Made by a program: the position numbers and the translations under genes. This document shows, in pieces, positions 25,205 through 39,556 of a stretch of DNA of 64,000 nucleotides. The stretch is taken from the NCBI GenBank assembly GCA_051362555.1, contig CM120644.1, positions 1,434,954 to 1,498,953 of the forward strand. Direction: 5' to 3'. The notes below the pieces were generated by a model that saw only the letters and a list, made by a program, of their open reading frames with translations, ran no database searches and was not told the DNA's origin. Source of the stretch: Lingula anatina (Eukaryota > Animalia > Brachiopoda). Within the stretch, counting starts at the first letter, position 1. Each line of letters opens with the position of its first letter.

Positions 25205-27747
25205 CACTGCATGAAAAATCAGCTTTTATAAATCTTGAAAGGCGATCAAAAGGCCTCCTTTTATTCACCTTCTCACACCTTTCCTAGACCTTTCGTTTTT
25301 TTAGGAAAGGTGTAAAAGACGATCTTTTGAATGACTTTTGTATAAGTGAAAAGGTATAGAAATGGCCCACTTTTCTTCACCTTTTCTCTACACAAAAGTT
25401 TAACTTTCATAAACCTTTTGCTGCAAAAAGACGATCTTTTGCTTGAAGAAAAGGTATTCTCAAGTTCATCATTCATCAACTTTTTGCATGCTAAAAGGCA
25501 TATGAATGACCCACTTTTCTCTACCTTTTCCTGCTAAAAAGTCCAACTTTCAGATGCCTTTTGTGCAACTTTTCAGATACAAAAGATGACCTTTTAAAAC
25601 CTTTTTATTTAAGAAAAGACTGCATTTTTCCTTCTTTTGTTACGTATTTTAATGTAATATTTATTGCGGCGATTTAATAACATATTGATAAACAGAACAA
25701 CACATGGTATAAATTTTAATAATTTATTCCATTATAACATTTTTGTGCTGGTTGCGCTTGTCTTTTGAAAGTTTTTTGATAATCCAAGGAAATTTGATTT
25801 TTTGTTTTGATAATCCAAGAAAGGCCCAGGAAATGTTCTCTAAATGTACTTTCAGCCAGATCCACTAGTCCTACTATATATGCGTAACTTCCCGCTCTCC
25901 TGGGAGTAGTTTTCCTGGAATCGTCTGTCAAGTGAACACTTTGCCTGCCCAAATCTTTGCCTTTTGCCTCCTGAAAAATAGGATGCATGTAATGATAAAT
26001 GCTGTTTTGGATAACTGTTCATTTTAATGCTAATCAAATATGATAAAAACAATGGCAACTTTTATGATGTTAGAAGTATTTTCAAACTATGGACTCAAAG
26101 CCATCAAAAGGCTTAAAAGAGAGATTTTACAAGGTTTAAACATGATTCTATAATAGTACCTCCTTCCTTCTTTTCCATATTTTTTGTTTCAGCTCATCCA
26201 GTCCTTTTGCTTGTTTTAGAACATCCTCCTACTTTTCAGATCTGTAGTATCTTTTAATGGCACCTGGTAAATAAATTAAAAGAGTGAATTATTTGAGTGT
26301 AATATCATGCAAAAAGTTTTCAATTAGGGAAATATGAATAATGAAATAGCTACAAGTAAAGATGAAAATATGCATTCATGATTACTGCTAGGCAACTTGA
26401 TTGGGCCTTGTACAGAACTTATATAAGCTCCTGTATTACATACCCCATTCTTCTCTTCCAATTTTTTTTTTTTTTTTTTTTTTTTGCCTTAGTCCATCCA
26501 CTTTGTTTGTTTGTTTTTATGTGTTGTTCAGACAGCCTGTCTTTTAATAGCATCTGGAAAAGAAATAGATATTTTAAGATAGTGAATTATTTTAGTGTAA
26601 TATCATACAAACAGTTTTCATTAATGAAAATATGAATGCTGAAATAACTACATGCAATGATGAAGATATTAATGATTACTGCTTAGAGTTCATACAGCAA
26701 CATAAAAGCAAATTGAATGACTTCTGAGGCTCTAAATCAATAACTTTTCAATAACTCAATGCGCCTTACTGTCATTTTTAAGTTTGCATAGAAAAGAGGT
26801 GTATCATTCACACAAACTTTGTATTTTAATGATAAAGAAACATGAGAAAAAAACTGACAGATTAAAAAGGGCATTCCCCCAGCATGTCTACATTCAGGTT
26901 AAAAACAAGGTTTGAAATAATCATTCGACAAATTTCTAACTGATCAAATCCCAGAATTTTTTAGGAAAAAATGATAAATACAAGCCCTTTGTAAGGCTAA
27001 TAACAATTTCAAGTACTTTTAATGTCATAAACAGACTGAATACATGTACAAGGGGCAATATATACTAGATTCAAGCACTTGAAGTGCTGTATGAACCCTG
27101 CGAGTGAACCAGTGCATTGATTATATAACCCTGCCTGGAATTTAGGTCAAGGAATGTAGGTCGACTCTATGGGATTAATACAGGCCAGTTATATACATGT
27201 ACAGAATCTTTACTTGCAGATAGTATGTAATGGGATATCTTTCGCGCCGATTCTCTAGCATTGACCTATAACGCAGTATTAATGGCAGAAAAGCTCGCAC
27301 GGCAACCTTTTACTTCGTGTTTTACTCAAGACTAAAACAGCAAGAGACAATAATATAGATCACTAAACACGGGGCAGACGGTCATCGTTTTACAAGGTAG
27401 GTGATATAGTGATTTCAGTAATGTTCGCACATTGTATGTTAACACAAATTATAGCAAAGCATGCTTCTGGGATTAAAGCTGGAATCTTTCTCGACGCACT
27501 GCATGTTGCAGGGTAATTTAGCCGTCTCTCGAGAAAGGATCGAGTTATACTGAGTTTCATTGGGCTTGGCTTTTGTCTGTTCTAACGTTTGACCTGTTAC
27601 TCACTGTGGATTTTGGAAATATATGTGCACGTCCACGATACGGGGTAACAACAAGGGGTTGTCATTATTAAAAGTGTTAGAATATTCCCATGTGTTGGAT
27701 TACAAGGGGGTGCTTTAATGTGAAAGGGGATGGATTCGACTTAGACC

Positions 27748-27950
27748 CCATTTCCAGAGATTAGATTGATCTACTTTAGCTCTACCTAACTCCCTGGGGG
27801 TTCACGCTAAATAGCTGTCAGCCAAGTGGACATGAAAGTTAATTACCCCCTTATAGCTTGTAGTAGGCGGGACGGACATTTAAGTCGGATTATCTGACAG
27901 TAATCTAGTGAGACTCCCCGCGGGGATAGATCGATCTAAAAGGTCTGGGA
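27748..27950. mobile_element. ~200-bp MITE-like repeat, copy 2 (inverted, inside the CACTG element)
   Basis: Reverse complement of 24506-24707 (gtagtaggcgggacggacatttaag; gttcacgctaaatagctgtcagcc). Confidence 0.65.
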
Positions 27951-28609
27951 ATACAGCCTTATACAACCGAAAATGACACTATTTAAAACAGCTGCACATT
28001 ATAGAAGGAATTAAGTTCTCAGAAAAATATTGTCAAGTGTTTTTGTCATGTCTCTATTATTCAGTATGTCTTTTCTTTTATGAAGGAATTGGGCGTCACA
28101 AGGATGAAAAAGCAGTGCCTGTCGTCACAAGAAAAGAGATGAACATCTAAAAGAAGGCTGCATTCCTGTGCTCCTGTTATACATGAATTCCCAGTCTGCA
28201 GCTACAATAGAAATTGTTAACCTACCTGTACATGTATAACCTCTTTGTGTTTACCTCAGACCCCCTCACCGTCAGATTTATGGAATTAAACATGCTAAAA
28301 TGGTAAAGGGGAGACTGACTCGCTCTGAGCAAGAGAATAAGTAAACAGTTATGTATGGTTGATAATTTTCCTCTGATATTAAGATTAACTACAGAAGTGT
28401 AAGCAAGATGAATGAAGGATATGCAAACAGTAACAGTCTGTCAGTAATATAACCAGTTCCAATATAAACAAATTCAAATTGCATAGCTGATTACTACCTA
28501 TCTAACTTCGGTTAAATATTTCCATCATGCCCAGGGCCTTACTATTAGGGATTATGTAAAAGGTAAAACTTGCTCTCTGGAGTCTAAAACACATCATAAC
28601 AATTTTAGA

Positions 28610-29290
28610 GTGGTTTTCTCCTTAGAAACGATCCTCTGGTCAGGCAAACTATGGAGAGGTGACCTCTGACATTTATTGTAATTATAATTTTTGACTTGAT
28701 ACAATCAATGCTAATACTGACATAACTGCAAATAACAAAGTTAGTGATGAGAGATCCTATAACCTTTTTTGTCAAGGAGGGGTGGTTCTCTGTTAAGAGA
28801 CAATCCTCTAGCCAGGCAAATTATGGAGAGGTGACCTCAAACACTATTTTGACTTGGTGCAATCAATGCTAAAATCCTGACATTACTGAAAATAACAAAG
28901 TTAGTGGTGAGAGATCCTATTACCTTTTTTGTCGAGGAGGGGTGGTTTTCTGTTTAGAGACGAGCCTCTAGCCAGGCAAATTATGGAGAGGTGACCTCAA
29001 ACACTTTTTGGACTTGGTGCAATCAATGCTAAAATCCTGACATTACTGAAAATTACTAAGTTAGTGACGAGAGATCCTTTTGCCTTTTTTGTCGAGGAGG
29101 GGTGGTTTTCTGTTTAGAGACGAGCCTCTAGCCAGGCAAATTATGGAGAGGTGACCTCAAACACTATTTTGACTTGGTGCAACCAATGCTATAATCCTGA
29201 CATAATTAGCTACTGTCCAGAAGCATGGAGATTATTTCCTGTGAAAGTAATTATCTAGGCAAATATGGAGATGTGACCTCTGACATATAA
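28610..29290. repeat. ~160-bp tandem repeat (4-5 units) inside the CACTG element
   Basis: cctctagccaggcaaattatggagaggtgacctc recurs at ~28805, 28965 and 29125, with diverged flanking units. Confidence 0.9.
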
Positions 29291-30418
29291 TTTTTTATTT
29301 GCTGTATTTAAACCCTGACGATATTGGAATAAAAATATAAGTTACTTTCGATTCTGAAAGTTGTTTGTCGTTTAAACCGTCAAAATTATGTCTACCTCAA
29401 GTGAAATTCGGTGAACACTTCTTCCACTGCACTGAATGCTATATATTTATACATAAACTCCAGCCAATGCAAGATTGCATAATTATTTCTCCGAAATGCA
29501 AATCACCACATTCAATCTATCAGTTAAATACTTTAATTAAAGTGCAAAACATTTCATCATGCAAACAATTTGCAAAAGTATTCGCTTTTTCCATAATGCG
29601 CTTAATGTAAGATACGGAATTAAGTCCTGTACATAAAATAAATAGTATACATACAAAAGATCACGCATTATTATAAAATTAGTCTTAAGCTTTCAGAAAA
29701 TAAAAGATAAACAAAATGTGACCTTTCCAGTTAACAAAAGCTGGAATGTAAGGTGGCCTTTCGCACTGTAAAAGGTGATAGTTGAACTTTTGAAAACTGA
29801 AAGTTAATGAAAATGTGAATGACGGTCTTTCCGAGAGGTAAAAGTTGATAAAAAGATGACCTTTTACAAATGAAAGGTGAAAGATGACCTTTTCGTCAGG
29901 AAAGGATGATGAAAGATGAGGGATCATCTTTCGATAACATTTTGTAGATGAATGAAAGGCGATAAAAGGTGTTTTTTCATGCAGTGAAGAGAGAGAGATG
30001 GAGGTTGAGAAAGACAGATGAGGGTTGAGAGAGAGATAGATGGGGGTTGATAGAGAGAGAGATGGGGGTTGATAGAGAGAGATGGGGGTTGAAAGAGAGA
30101 GATGGGGGTTGATAGAGAGAGAGATAGGGGTTGAAAGAGAGAGAGAGATGGGGGTTGAGAGAGACAGATGGGGGTTGAGAGAGAGAGATGGGGGTTGAAA
30201 GTATGCCTTAAGTGTGGCTTATAAGTACGTTATGGCCGCAACCTTTACATCCATTATTTAGCAGTGACATGTAATCTACTGGTCTTTTCTACATACTAAA
30301 GACACTTCTTATAAAACCAAACGCAGGTTAAGCGCAGGATCATAACCTGTTGTTACTACGATAACAGAAATAAAAAACAACATCATGGGGCTCCAAACAC
30401 TACCGTGTCGTTTTGAAA

Positions 30419-30601
30419 CCATTGCTTCTGAGCACACCAGTCACAATCTATCACCAAATATTGCCCACATTGCTTCCGAGCACACCAGTCACAATCTATC
30501 ACCAAATACTACCCACATTGCTTCCGAGCACACCAGTCACAATCTATCACCAAATACTACCCACATTGCTTCCGAGCACACCAGTCACAATCTATTACCA
30601 A
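30419..30601. repeat. 48-bp minisatellite (~4 units)
   Basis: Same unit; marks the right end of the duplicated region. Confidence 0.95.
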
Positions 30602-30648
30602 AAACAAATAAAGGGAACCGGAGAAGATCAGCACTGGTCAGAATTGTG

Positions 30649-30768
30649 CCGGAAGTGACGTGCAGTGGTGTTAGAAACGAAGCTGAGTGGTCATTTTAAC
30701 ATAGAGGTGAACGGCAGTGAAGACGGGTTGTCGGAGGAAAAAGAAGTTTTCTAAACAACATGGTAAGA
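30649..30768 (+). promoter_or_regulatory. Housekeeping-type promoter and probable first exon ending ATG|GT
   Basis: ccggaagtgacgt (overlapping ETS and CRE half-site) at 30649-30661; aacaacATG|gtaaga at 30760-30768; locally CpG-richer sequence downstream. Confidence 0.5.
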
Positions 30769-32926
30769 TAACTCTCTTTTTTTACGCATTTTGGGCAGAG
30801 AAAACTTGTAGAAATAATAAATGCATGATATGAAAACGTGACACGGAACTTGAAGGTGCAAAATCGTGCTTAATTTGCGGTCAACTTGTTTAGAAATAAA
30901 TGCTGCGTCGACCGCCAGCGCGACAAAAAGCGTAAAGGGGAAATAATTCCCGGGAGTCTATAAATCGTTGTCATGTGGAAATTTGGCATTAATATAATCC
31001 GATATGTCCATATCTAAGTATTTTTGGGTGTTTTATGGTATGGGCTGCAATTACAACGATGTTTTAGAGGTCTTGAAGGACCTTGTGAAAACCAGGAAGT
31101 AGTTCGTAACTAACAAGTGGAATGTACCGATCTCCGACTGCTGTGCACAGCTGTATCTTTTTTTCAATATATTGACGAATTTTTGTCACAGGACAAATAA
31201 AACATTTCACTGACAAGATCTTCCCAAAAAGACAAAAAGAGAATTCAGGTGAGCTGACAGGTAAATTAAGACTAGCTCAAAGTACTAATAATTGACATTA
31301 TTATGCAATACTCAGTTGGTAAAACGATTCTCACAGGTAGATAAGATGTAACATGACCAATTTCTATAGGCTAATGATTGCCAGCCTGAGGAAATTGATT
31401 GCCAGTCTCTTTTGTCAATGATTTTTAATTCAGATAAGAGGCTGTCAGAATGTCACCTTTGTCTTGGCATTTGTTTCTGATTAGCGCCTTCCCCAGTGTA
31501 AAAGGTATATCAGTGTGATCATGTGTGTGGAATTTCATGCCAGATGGACATATAAAGATCTAAAAATTCTTTACAAGAGTATCACCACTGTAAGAAATAT
31601 TCACAGCTGCAGTTCACTAGAAAATCTGGAGAAAACTAGGTGAAAAACCAAATGCATGATTCTGTTGTATCAGCAGTTTCCAATACTTTCTATGACGGGC
31701 GTGCCAGAGTAAGTAGTGCCTGTTAAAGGAAGTTGATAAATTTTAATTTATGTAATTTTTTTATTTAAAAAAGTACATGTCCTTTAACAAACAGAAATTT
31801 AGAAACTTTACAGGTACTTTTCTATGAAACGCGTTCTAGTTACTGGAAGATCTGTTAAATAGCACATGCAACGTATATGAAATACACGTGGTTTATTGAT
31901 AATACCACGAATTTATGTTATTTAGAGTCTATATTTAAAAAACATCGTACAGGGTAAGCTATGGTTTCTATTTCAATTATAATTATCGAATTTAGTTTAG
32001 ACAGCATTTCTGGCGTGATTAAATGGAACATCAAATGCTATTTAAATGGGTATATATAATGTTAAAACAACGGGATCATATACCCTTTTAATATTCCGTT
32101 TTTGTACCGCCAATATGTTACTGTAATATTTCAACACTTTGGTTGTAATTGAAGGGAACATGTGTTATGATAATTATTATCATCGTTTTTGCTGGTATTC
32201 ATACTTATTTTCATCTAAACGTAGTCGCCGCCATTTTAAAACGACAACACTAGTACCACTACATGTAGTACCAAGGCAACTCAAGGCATTAATCGTTGCT
32301 AACATGTATCCTGCATTATGTTACAGACGCATTGCAGATGAACAAAGCCTGGCCTGAGCGATTTATTTAGCCGAAAGATAGACACATTGTAAGATTTTAA
32401 TGCTTCAGGTAAATTATCTTTTATTTTTCAATTTTTCATTTTAATTTATTTCTGTACTGGTAAATAGATTCTCATGACCTTGTACAATATGATATACTAA
32501 TGACGATACAATACAATTGGTGCATTACCATTTCTTTAGTTGGTATTTATATTGGCTGGCTGTTTGAGAATGAAAGAAAATGAACTTTATGTTATGAACA
32601 TATGTACTAGTAAAATTACTCATAAAATATTCTATCTAAGCAGTGAGATAAACATAGGTGTGATTATAAATTTACCATAAGCATACTATAGACATATGGG
32701 TACATGCATATGTTACATGAAAGGAGAGGGAGAACTACAGTTACATAGCTGTTTACATGGTTGTTTAAAGCCAGTTTGATGACATAGATAATTACAATCA
32801 ATGATAATTACATAAGACATAGATAAGTAAATAAATTACACAGATATAAATGTTGTTCCATGTTCAGTCCCACTGCCGAGTCACTTCTCACAACAGTGGC
32901 ACCATACACTGACATTTTAAGGGATA

Positions 32927-35264
32927 TAGTAGGCTTGTTAAGGGGCCAAACGCTGCATTTTATAGTACAAATGTCTAAATGTTCCTTGGGCCAAAAGAAA
33001 TTTTTTATCCAAAGAGACACGCTCTATCGATGCATAAATTTGCATAAACTATGCAAATTAGGTGCCAAAATATGTAATATTTCATATTTCCATTAATTGT
33101 TAGCCTAGAAACATGTAAAGATTATCAAACCCGACTAAATTAGGGACAAGGAACCCATTTTTGATATTATGGAAGCGATTGGTGGCCATTTTGTGCCTCA
33201 AATTCAAGATGGCCGCCACCCGCCATTTTGAAAGTGGACATAATTTTGCTATTTTATGTTGAATTGTGAAGCGTTTGGTCTATATATACTTGATATATAT
33301 ATCGATTCCTACTATTTTGGGGGTGCAAAAGATATTTTTGATATTGTTTTGGTGATAGAAGGTAATTTGAAGGGACAAAGAGGGTGTTTTAAGTGCCTAC
33401 CAAGATATTCGTGAACGCTGCAAAACCAGGAATATTCCCAGCAGACAAACAATATTGATTCACCGTTGAATCAACGTTAATTTTGGTGGATCAACGTTGA
33501 ATCAACGTAGAATCAATGCCGTTTGCCTGCTGGGATTGATAACCCATATTCAAATATATCTCAATGCAATTTTTTGTTCATATCATCGATAGTGGACTAT
33601 ATTATGAGCCAAAAAACTAATTTTTATCATTATGGAAGCCATTGGTGGCCGTTTTATCCCTCAAATTCAAGATGGCCGCCAAAAACCATTTTGAAATTTT
33701 GCATAATTCGCTATTTTGAAACTGTGTGTATCACATCTTTGTAAAAGTGCTTACCAAGATATATGTGAACGCTGCAATACCATGGATATTGATAACCCGT
33801 ATTCAAATATATCTCAATGCAATTTTTTGTTATATGCCATCGCTATTGGAATATATTTATGAGCAAAAATTACCCCTCATTTTTACCATTATGGAGAACA
33901 TTGGTGGCAGTTTTATCCCTCAAATCCAAGATGGCCGCCAAAAACCATTTTGAAAATTGGCATAATTCGTTATTTTGAGACTGTATGTATTACATCTTTG
34001 TAAATGAGTAATAGGGCCTACGTCGTTTTATATTATTTTCTGGTGCAGAATACGTTATCTGTTTCATAAAATCCTAAAGAGCTTGAAACAAGTGTAAGAG
34101 ACCAAAATGGCTTAATCAAAGGTAAAGAACACATACTTGGTGCTTTGGAGACAATTGGTAGTCATTTTGATCCTTAAATCCAATATGAAGCGATTTTGAA
34201 ATACGGGTAAGGCATAGCTCATCAATTTGAAGCTATTGCTCTTACGCGACCATGTTATACATCATTTCTTATCATTTGGGTTGTAAAAGTCACGTGTCTT
34301 ATCTCTTGTGAGATATAATACAAAAATAAAATATTACAAGGCTCCAACACCGATATGGACTTACGTCTTCACCTTCGCTTGTATACGTCTTGAAGTCAAA
34401 TTAGTGCAAATATATGTTTTACAACAATTTTAAAATGGTTTTGCCAGACATATATTAAGTGCAAGAGAACAGCATGGCTGATTCGACTTTATGGTGACTA
34501 TTGTTAGCTATTCTTTTGTTCATATCCAAGAGCCTGTCGCTATTTTAAAACTATGGCATAATTTACCTTTTTTGAGCTGTTGGACTTTCATATGGTCGTA
34601 AAACATCAATTGTTACTATTTTGGAAGTACATAATTAATTTATGGTGTTGTTCTGATGACAGAGGATAATAAAAAAGGCATAAGGTGTTTTCAGATGATT
34701 CATTTTATGAAACCGAAAATGTATTCTGCACCAGGAAATAATCAAAAATGACGTATGGCACGCTTATGAAGGTGTGATAGTTTCAAAATGGTGAATAATG
34801 CCCAATTTCAAAATGGTGGATGGCGTCCATCTTGGATTTGAGGCACTTATTTTATGAAACGGATAATATAATCTGCACCAGAAAATAATATAAAATGACA
34901 TATTACTCATAAAACACCCTCTTTGTCTCTTCAAATCACCTTCTATCACCGGAATTGATATATATATTGGAGGCACAAAATGGCCACCAATTGCTTCCAT
35001 AATATCAAAAATGGGTTTCTTGTTCCTAATTTAGTCGGGTTTGATAATCTATACATGTTCCTAGGCCAACAATTAATGGAAATATGAAATATTGTATATT
35101 TTGGCACCTAAATTGCATAATTTATGCTAATTTATGCATCGATGGAGCGTGTCTCTTTGGACAAAAAAAAATTATTTTGGGCCAAGGAACATTTATGCCA
35201 AGTTAGACATTTGTACTACAAAATGCAGCGTTTGGCCAATTTTTGGTCCTTAACAAGCCTACTA
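32927..35264. mobile_element. Non-autonomous TIR DNA transposon, Academ-like
   Basis: Ends tagtaggcttgttaagg / ccttaacaagcctacta; ~270-bp inverted arms; caagatggccgcc motifs; internal ~260-bp tandem duplication; flanks ata/aca. Confidence 0.85.
33437..33534. mobile_element. 98-bp palindromic MITE, copy 2 (nested in an Academ-like element)
   Basis: cccagcagacaaac...gtttgcctgctggg with att duplication. Confidence 0.85.
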
Positions 35265-35299
35265 ACATGCTTAGAGTTACCAAGCAGAGCAACCACTTC

Positions 35300-36040
35300 A
35301 CTTCTTTTCTTGAATGATTTTATTATAAAGTTGGAGAGGGACACGAAAGTATGTTTGTTGGAACTGTTAAATACATGGCATAATTGACTGTTAGGTGACC
35401 TTCTATCAGCTGTAAGGATTGAGGTTTTTCTAAAAAAAAGTGACTCGGTCTGCTTTGTCCATTGGACATTGGAATATAAAATGGTATTCATCTTCAATTA
35501 CCCCTTGGGTGCACAGGTGACAGATTCTGTCGCACCTTTCAGTTTTTGGCCTGGTGTGCCGCCCAGTTTGGATGTGGAGTTTATGGTCGCCAAGTCGTAG
35601 TTTAGCAAGGGTTGTCGTAATTTGTTATTATATCAACATAAGTTGCCCTTTCACACTTTTGGTTAAGTATACGGAAGAGAGACAGTTTACTGTTGGCTTG
35701 AAGTTTGCTATTGCATATTTGGGTAAAGTGGTCAGTTTGTCTTTGTTTGAAAATTGTGGTGAGGTTTTTTGGAGGTGATTGGCTAAGCCACACATTCCCA
35801 AGGCCAAATGTGAAAAGGAGTTTTCGGATCCCCTCAGACCATGACATACAAGCTGGTCTGAAAGTGTGGACTGTGGGTGGAACATAAGGTGTCAGCAACT
35901 TGAAACTATTTATCTTATGCATATATGCTTGTTTCATTAATGTATCATCAGACATTTGAATAATTTTACACCATAGTTTGATAGATGCAAACTGTAATTT
36001 GGTATTTTGGTTATTTAATAGTACTGGGGTTGTTTGTGTT
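35300..36040 (-). mobile_element. Decayed 3' fragment of a LINE ORF2
   Basis: Peptide IKLWCKI...WSEGIRKLLFTFGLGNVWLSQ...FKQRQTDHF...SKLSLF resembles the post-RT region of the LINE at 43050-43400 (WCKGVRQILFENGFGDVWLGQ). Confidence 0.65.
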
Positions 36041-37089
36041 ACGCTCGCAGCTAAGTGAATGTGCATTTGCTTCTTTGTGTACATTGTGTCGTTAAGCAAC
36101 TATAATTTGTGTCTACCTATGACGGCCCCACATAGGAGACGCATATGTAAAAATTATCAACAAAGAATATACATGATTGTCTTTATTCATCTATTTTGTT
36201 TATCATTTTAAAACATTTGATAACGTTGAAGGGTTCAATAATTCACGTCAGCGTAGTAAAAACTTAAAACGAACTGAAAACAAACAATTCTGGCAATTTA
36301 GCTATATTTTAAATATCTTCAAGTGTTAGTCTAAGCGATATTGTATTAAACAAAACTTTAAACACATACATGTACATCCTAATTGCGTATTTAATGAAAA
36401 GACACATTATGTCTTCTGCTTTCGCTTCATATTGCGTTTAAATGAGCCAGCATGAGATCCTGTTTTGTCATTAACCGCAAAATCCGGGTTTACAGAAAGT
36501 GGCACGTGTTGTGAACGGGTTTCATTTTTTTGTTTTCTAGTCCTTATTTGAAGCCAGTTCCTGTTATCAGGTTTACGCAGCTTTTAGCAGAAAGTAATAC
36601 GGTAATTAATTAAAACTTTCAAATGCCTCACTTTTTTAATATTTATCATTTCCGACTTGTTAATTACAACACTGTAATTTCAGACACAAAGCCAACTGAC
36701 CTGGCAAACTTTTCTTGTCGTTTTACGTGCTTAAAACAAAATATGATTTTTTGGGTAAAGAATACATTCGTGCTGTGCGAATGTATTTGTTGTGAATATC
36801 GTCATACATCCGGTACTTAATGACGCGGTTTTCCGAAGAAATAAGATGAATAGGTAAAAACAGGTTTTATAGGGGCTTGGAAACTTGATTCTGTAATTAT
36901 AACTTAGTAAGACAATTAAAAAACAAAAGATATACAGCAGAAGCTTGACATGTGTTAGTGCTTATCGAACTCATGTTTCCTGCAGACTTTCGGAGAATCG
37001 TGTTGAACTGGCAGAATACAGGATGTGATCACTTTGACTTAACTGCACCTTCACAGACATACATGAATAACATGCATCGAAACAAGCAA

Positions 37090-37128
<39 letters not shown>

Positions 37129-38519
37129 AAGTATGAAGGCTGACAAGGCGAAATAAAAGAACAGAGCACATATCCCAGCGCAGACACAACAATTCTTATT
37201 AAAGTTACAAGAGTAATAAGTTTACAGGTCTGGTGAAATAATTGGCGTAGATGAAATGGAGCGTACCCTAAAATTCAGGGCTCAGTATGTTTTGCTGTAT
37301 TAATAATAGATATCAAAGATGAAATTACATTGACCTCTGAAACTGGGGGTGGGTGGGTGGGTGACAGAATCCAGACGTACGTCCAACAACATTATTTTCA
37401 AAAACTCACGAAAAAGAAAACAGTAAGTCTTGTGAAAGAATTCCCAAAATGCACTTTTAATATCTAACAGAAAAGATAAATAGGTAACCTAGATTTGAGG
37501 CAACAATTAGTCAATAGTTTAGGAGGATATTGCATAGTTTCCTTAAATCAAGATTCCATTGCCATTTTAAAATTACAATAATGTAAATGTTAATTTAAAT
37601 ATTTTTTCTTACATTTTTAAGGGGGCTCTAAGTATTTTTCCTGTGTATTTAGATTTTTTATTACGGCGTTTTTTTTTTTTGTTTTGTTTTGTTTTGTTTT
37701 TTTTGTTTTTTTTTGAAAATCCTATCTTGTCTGTTTTGATTTTCAGTCGCGTCTCATCCTATGGGTAATAGTGCGCTTGCACTGAAGTTTGTTCTAGTGC
37801 ATTGAGTGCTTGGTCAGCATTCTAGAATGTTCTGTACTGTTCAAAGGTAAACACTCGAGAACAAAGGTCTATTGATTTGAAAATTCTGATTAAGCATTTT
37901 TGAATTAGAAAAATGGTGATAATTTTTACGTGAAAGAGAAAATACTCATATTTTTAAAGACGAAGAGAAAAATACCATTGTTTAGCTTTGAATCTGACAA
38001 ATGTTGTGCAGTGATAGTTGCGGCTACGAAAGGCTATGCTGTAAACAAATTGTTTATTTACACTGGCTGCCTGGTTTGCTTGTTGTAAACCAAGGCGATC
38101 ATTTAGGAATAAAGGGCTGGGGTTTAGAGAAATCAAAAATACTCGAAGTGGCGTTTAAGAACAAATAGGTCACTACTACAGTTGACTAACGTGCAGACAA
38201 TATAGATTTAGAGCCTACTACAATACTAACCGCTCATATTATTATAGTGTCATTCATTTAATGCTGACTGCTGCACATTTAAATACAGTTCACTTCAGTA
38301 AAAGGCGAAGTCAATCTACTAAGTGTTTGCGAACCACACGGTATACCACAATACCCTAGGTATTTGGGTTGTATACCTCTCTCTTTGTGAATTACAATAG
38401 CATCACCTGACTGTTAGCGGAGCCCTGTTTATTTACAAATCGTGTTTCAATCTTACTTGTCAAGGGGGGTTAATTTTTAGTAGTTTAACTCATTTATTTT
38501 TATGTTCCGGATACATTCG

Positions 38520-39250
38520 CTTCAGGAACAAGCAGGTTTCAGAGGCCAGTACACCACTACTGATCATATGCACACTGTCAACCAGCTCAAAGAGAAATGT
38601 CTCGAGTATGATATTCCACTATGCGTAGCATTCGTTGATTATAGAAAAAGCCTTCGACTCAGTAGAAACCCAGTATATACTGGCATCCCTGCAAGATCTA
38701 GGGATCGAAGATGGATATGTAGACGTCCTCAGAGACATATACACCGATAGCTCTGTAACAGTCAAACTACACAAGACCACCAATAAGATCAGGATCAAGA
38801 AAGGTGTACGCCAAGGAGATACAATCTCTCCTAAACTGTTCACAGCAGCATTGGAACGTATATTCAGGGATCTAGACTGGCAGGACAAGGGCATAAACAT
38901 AGACGGTACCAGGCTCAATCACCTTAGATTTGCAGACGACATCATAATAGTAGCAGATGATGCAAAAGACCTCGAAGAAATGCTACAGGCGTTAGCAGAT
39001 GAAAGCGCAAAAAGTGGGCTAAAGATTAACACCAGCAAGACAAAGGTGATGTTTGGACCACTAACCACCCCTTGCACAGTGAAGGTCAATACCAAAGAGA
39101 TAGAAGCAGTAGAAGAGTATATATACCTTGGGCAACGGTTCAGCCTTAGTGATCGAACACTGGAGAAAGAAATCCAACGAAGGATAAAAGCAGGATGGGC
39201 AGCATGTGGGAAGCACAATGACATCTTCAAGAGTAACCTTCCTAGCTGCA
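38520..39250 (+). mobile_element. RTE-clade LINE reverse transcriptase fragment (frameshifted, truncated)
   Basis: EQAGFR...CVAFVDY / EKAFDSVE...KGVRQGDTISPKLF...LRFADDI...YIYLGQ; frameshift near 38643. Confidence 0.9.
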
Positions 39251-39556
39251 TAGGAACATTCTTTTATCATTTGGCATGTCGAGTTTATCATTTTGAGATA
39301 CCGACATGCTTTGCGCGAGATGACGCAATACCAGGGATAGTCTCAAAACAAACGGTGGAAAAAGGAACTAACGCATCCAGGACTGGTTCCCGGTTCACCG
39401 TCAACAAAAAGTTGTAAGTGCCTGGCCACAAGCCTTATAACTACCCCTTCGTCTCTTGAATTTGGTCTTCAGGTTTCCCAAATCAGCTTCCTCCAGGATT
39501 TGATCCCTATCTTCCCCCTTGTGGCCTGGCACTAACAACTTTTTGTTCTGGAGATC

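Larger units (their letters stand above)
25205..29986. mobile_element. 4.8-kb non-autonomous CACTA/EnSpm-type DNA transposon
   Basis: TIR cactgcatgaaaaa / tttttcatgcagtg; 3-bp TSD aag; subterminal accttt/aaaggt repeats at both ends; interrupts a satellite; no intact transposase ORF. Confidence 0.85.
15221..30418. repeat. Segmental duplication unit 2 (expanded by insertions at ~22560-23145 and ~24500-30200)
   Basis: Collinear with unit 1. Boundaries approximate. Confidence 0.9.

Noticed and set aside
24637-25268. Three overlapping Ser/Leu/Pro-rich ORFs on the minus strand
   Set aside because: Stop-free translation of the GA/G5 satellite in all three frames.
25205-29986. Transib or RAG-like transposon because of CAC termini
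   Set aside because: The TSD is 3 bp rather than 5 bp, there is no RSS-like nonamer or RAG1-like ORF, and the subterminal repeats fit CACTA/EnSpm.
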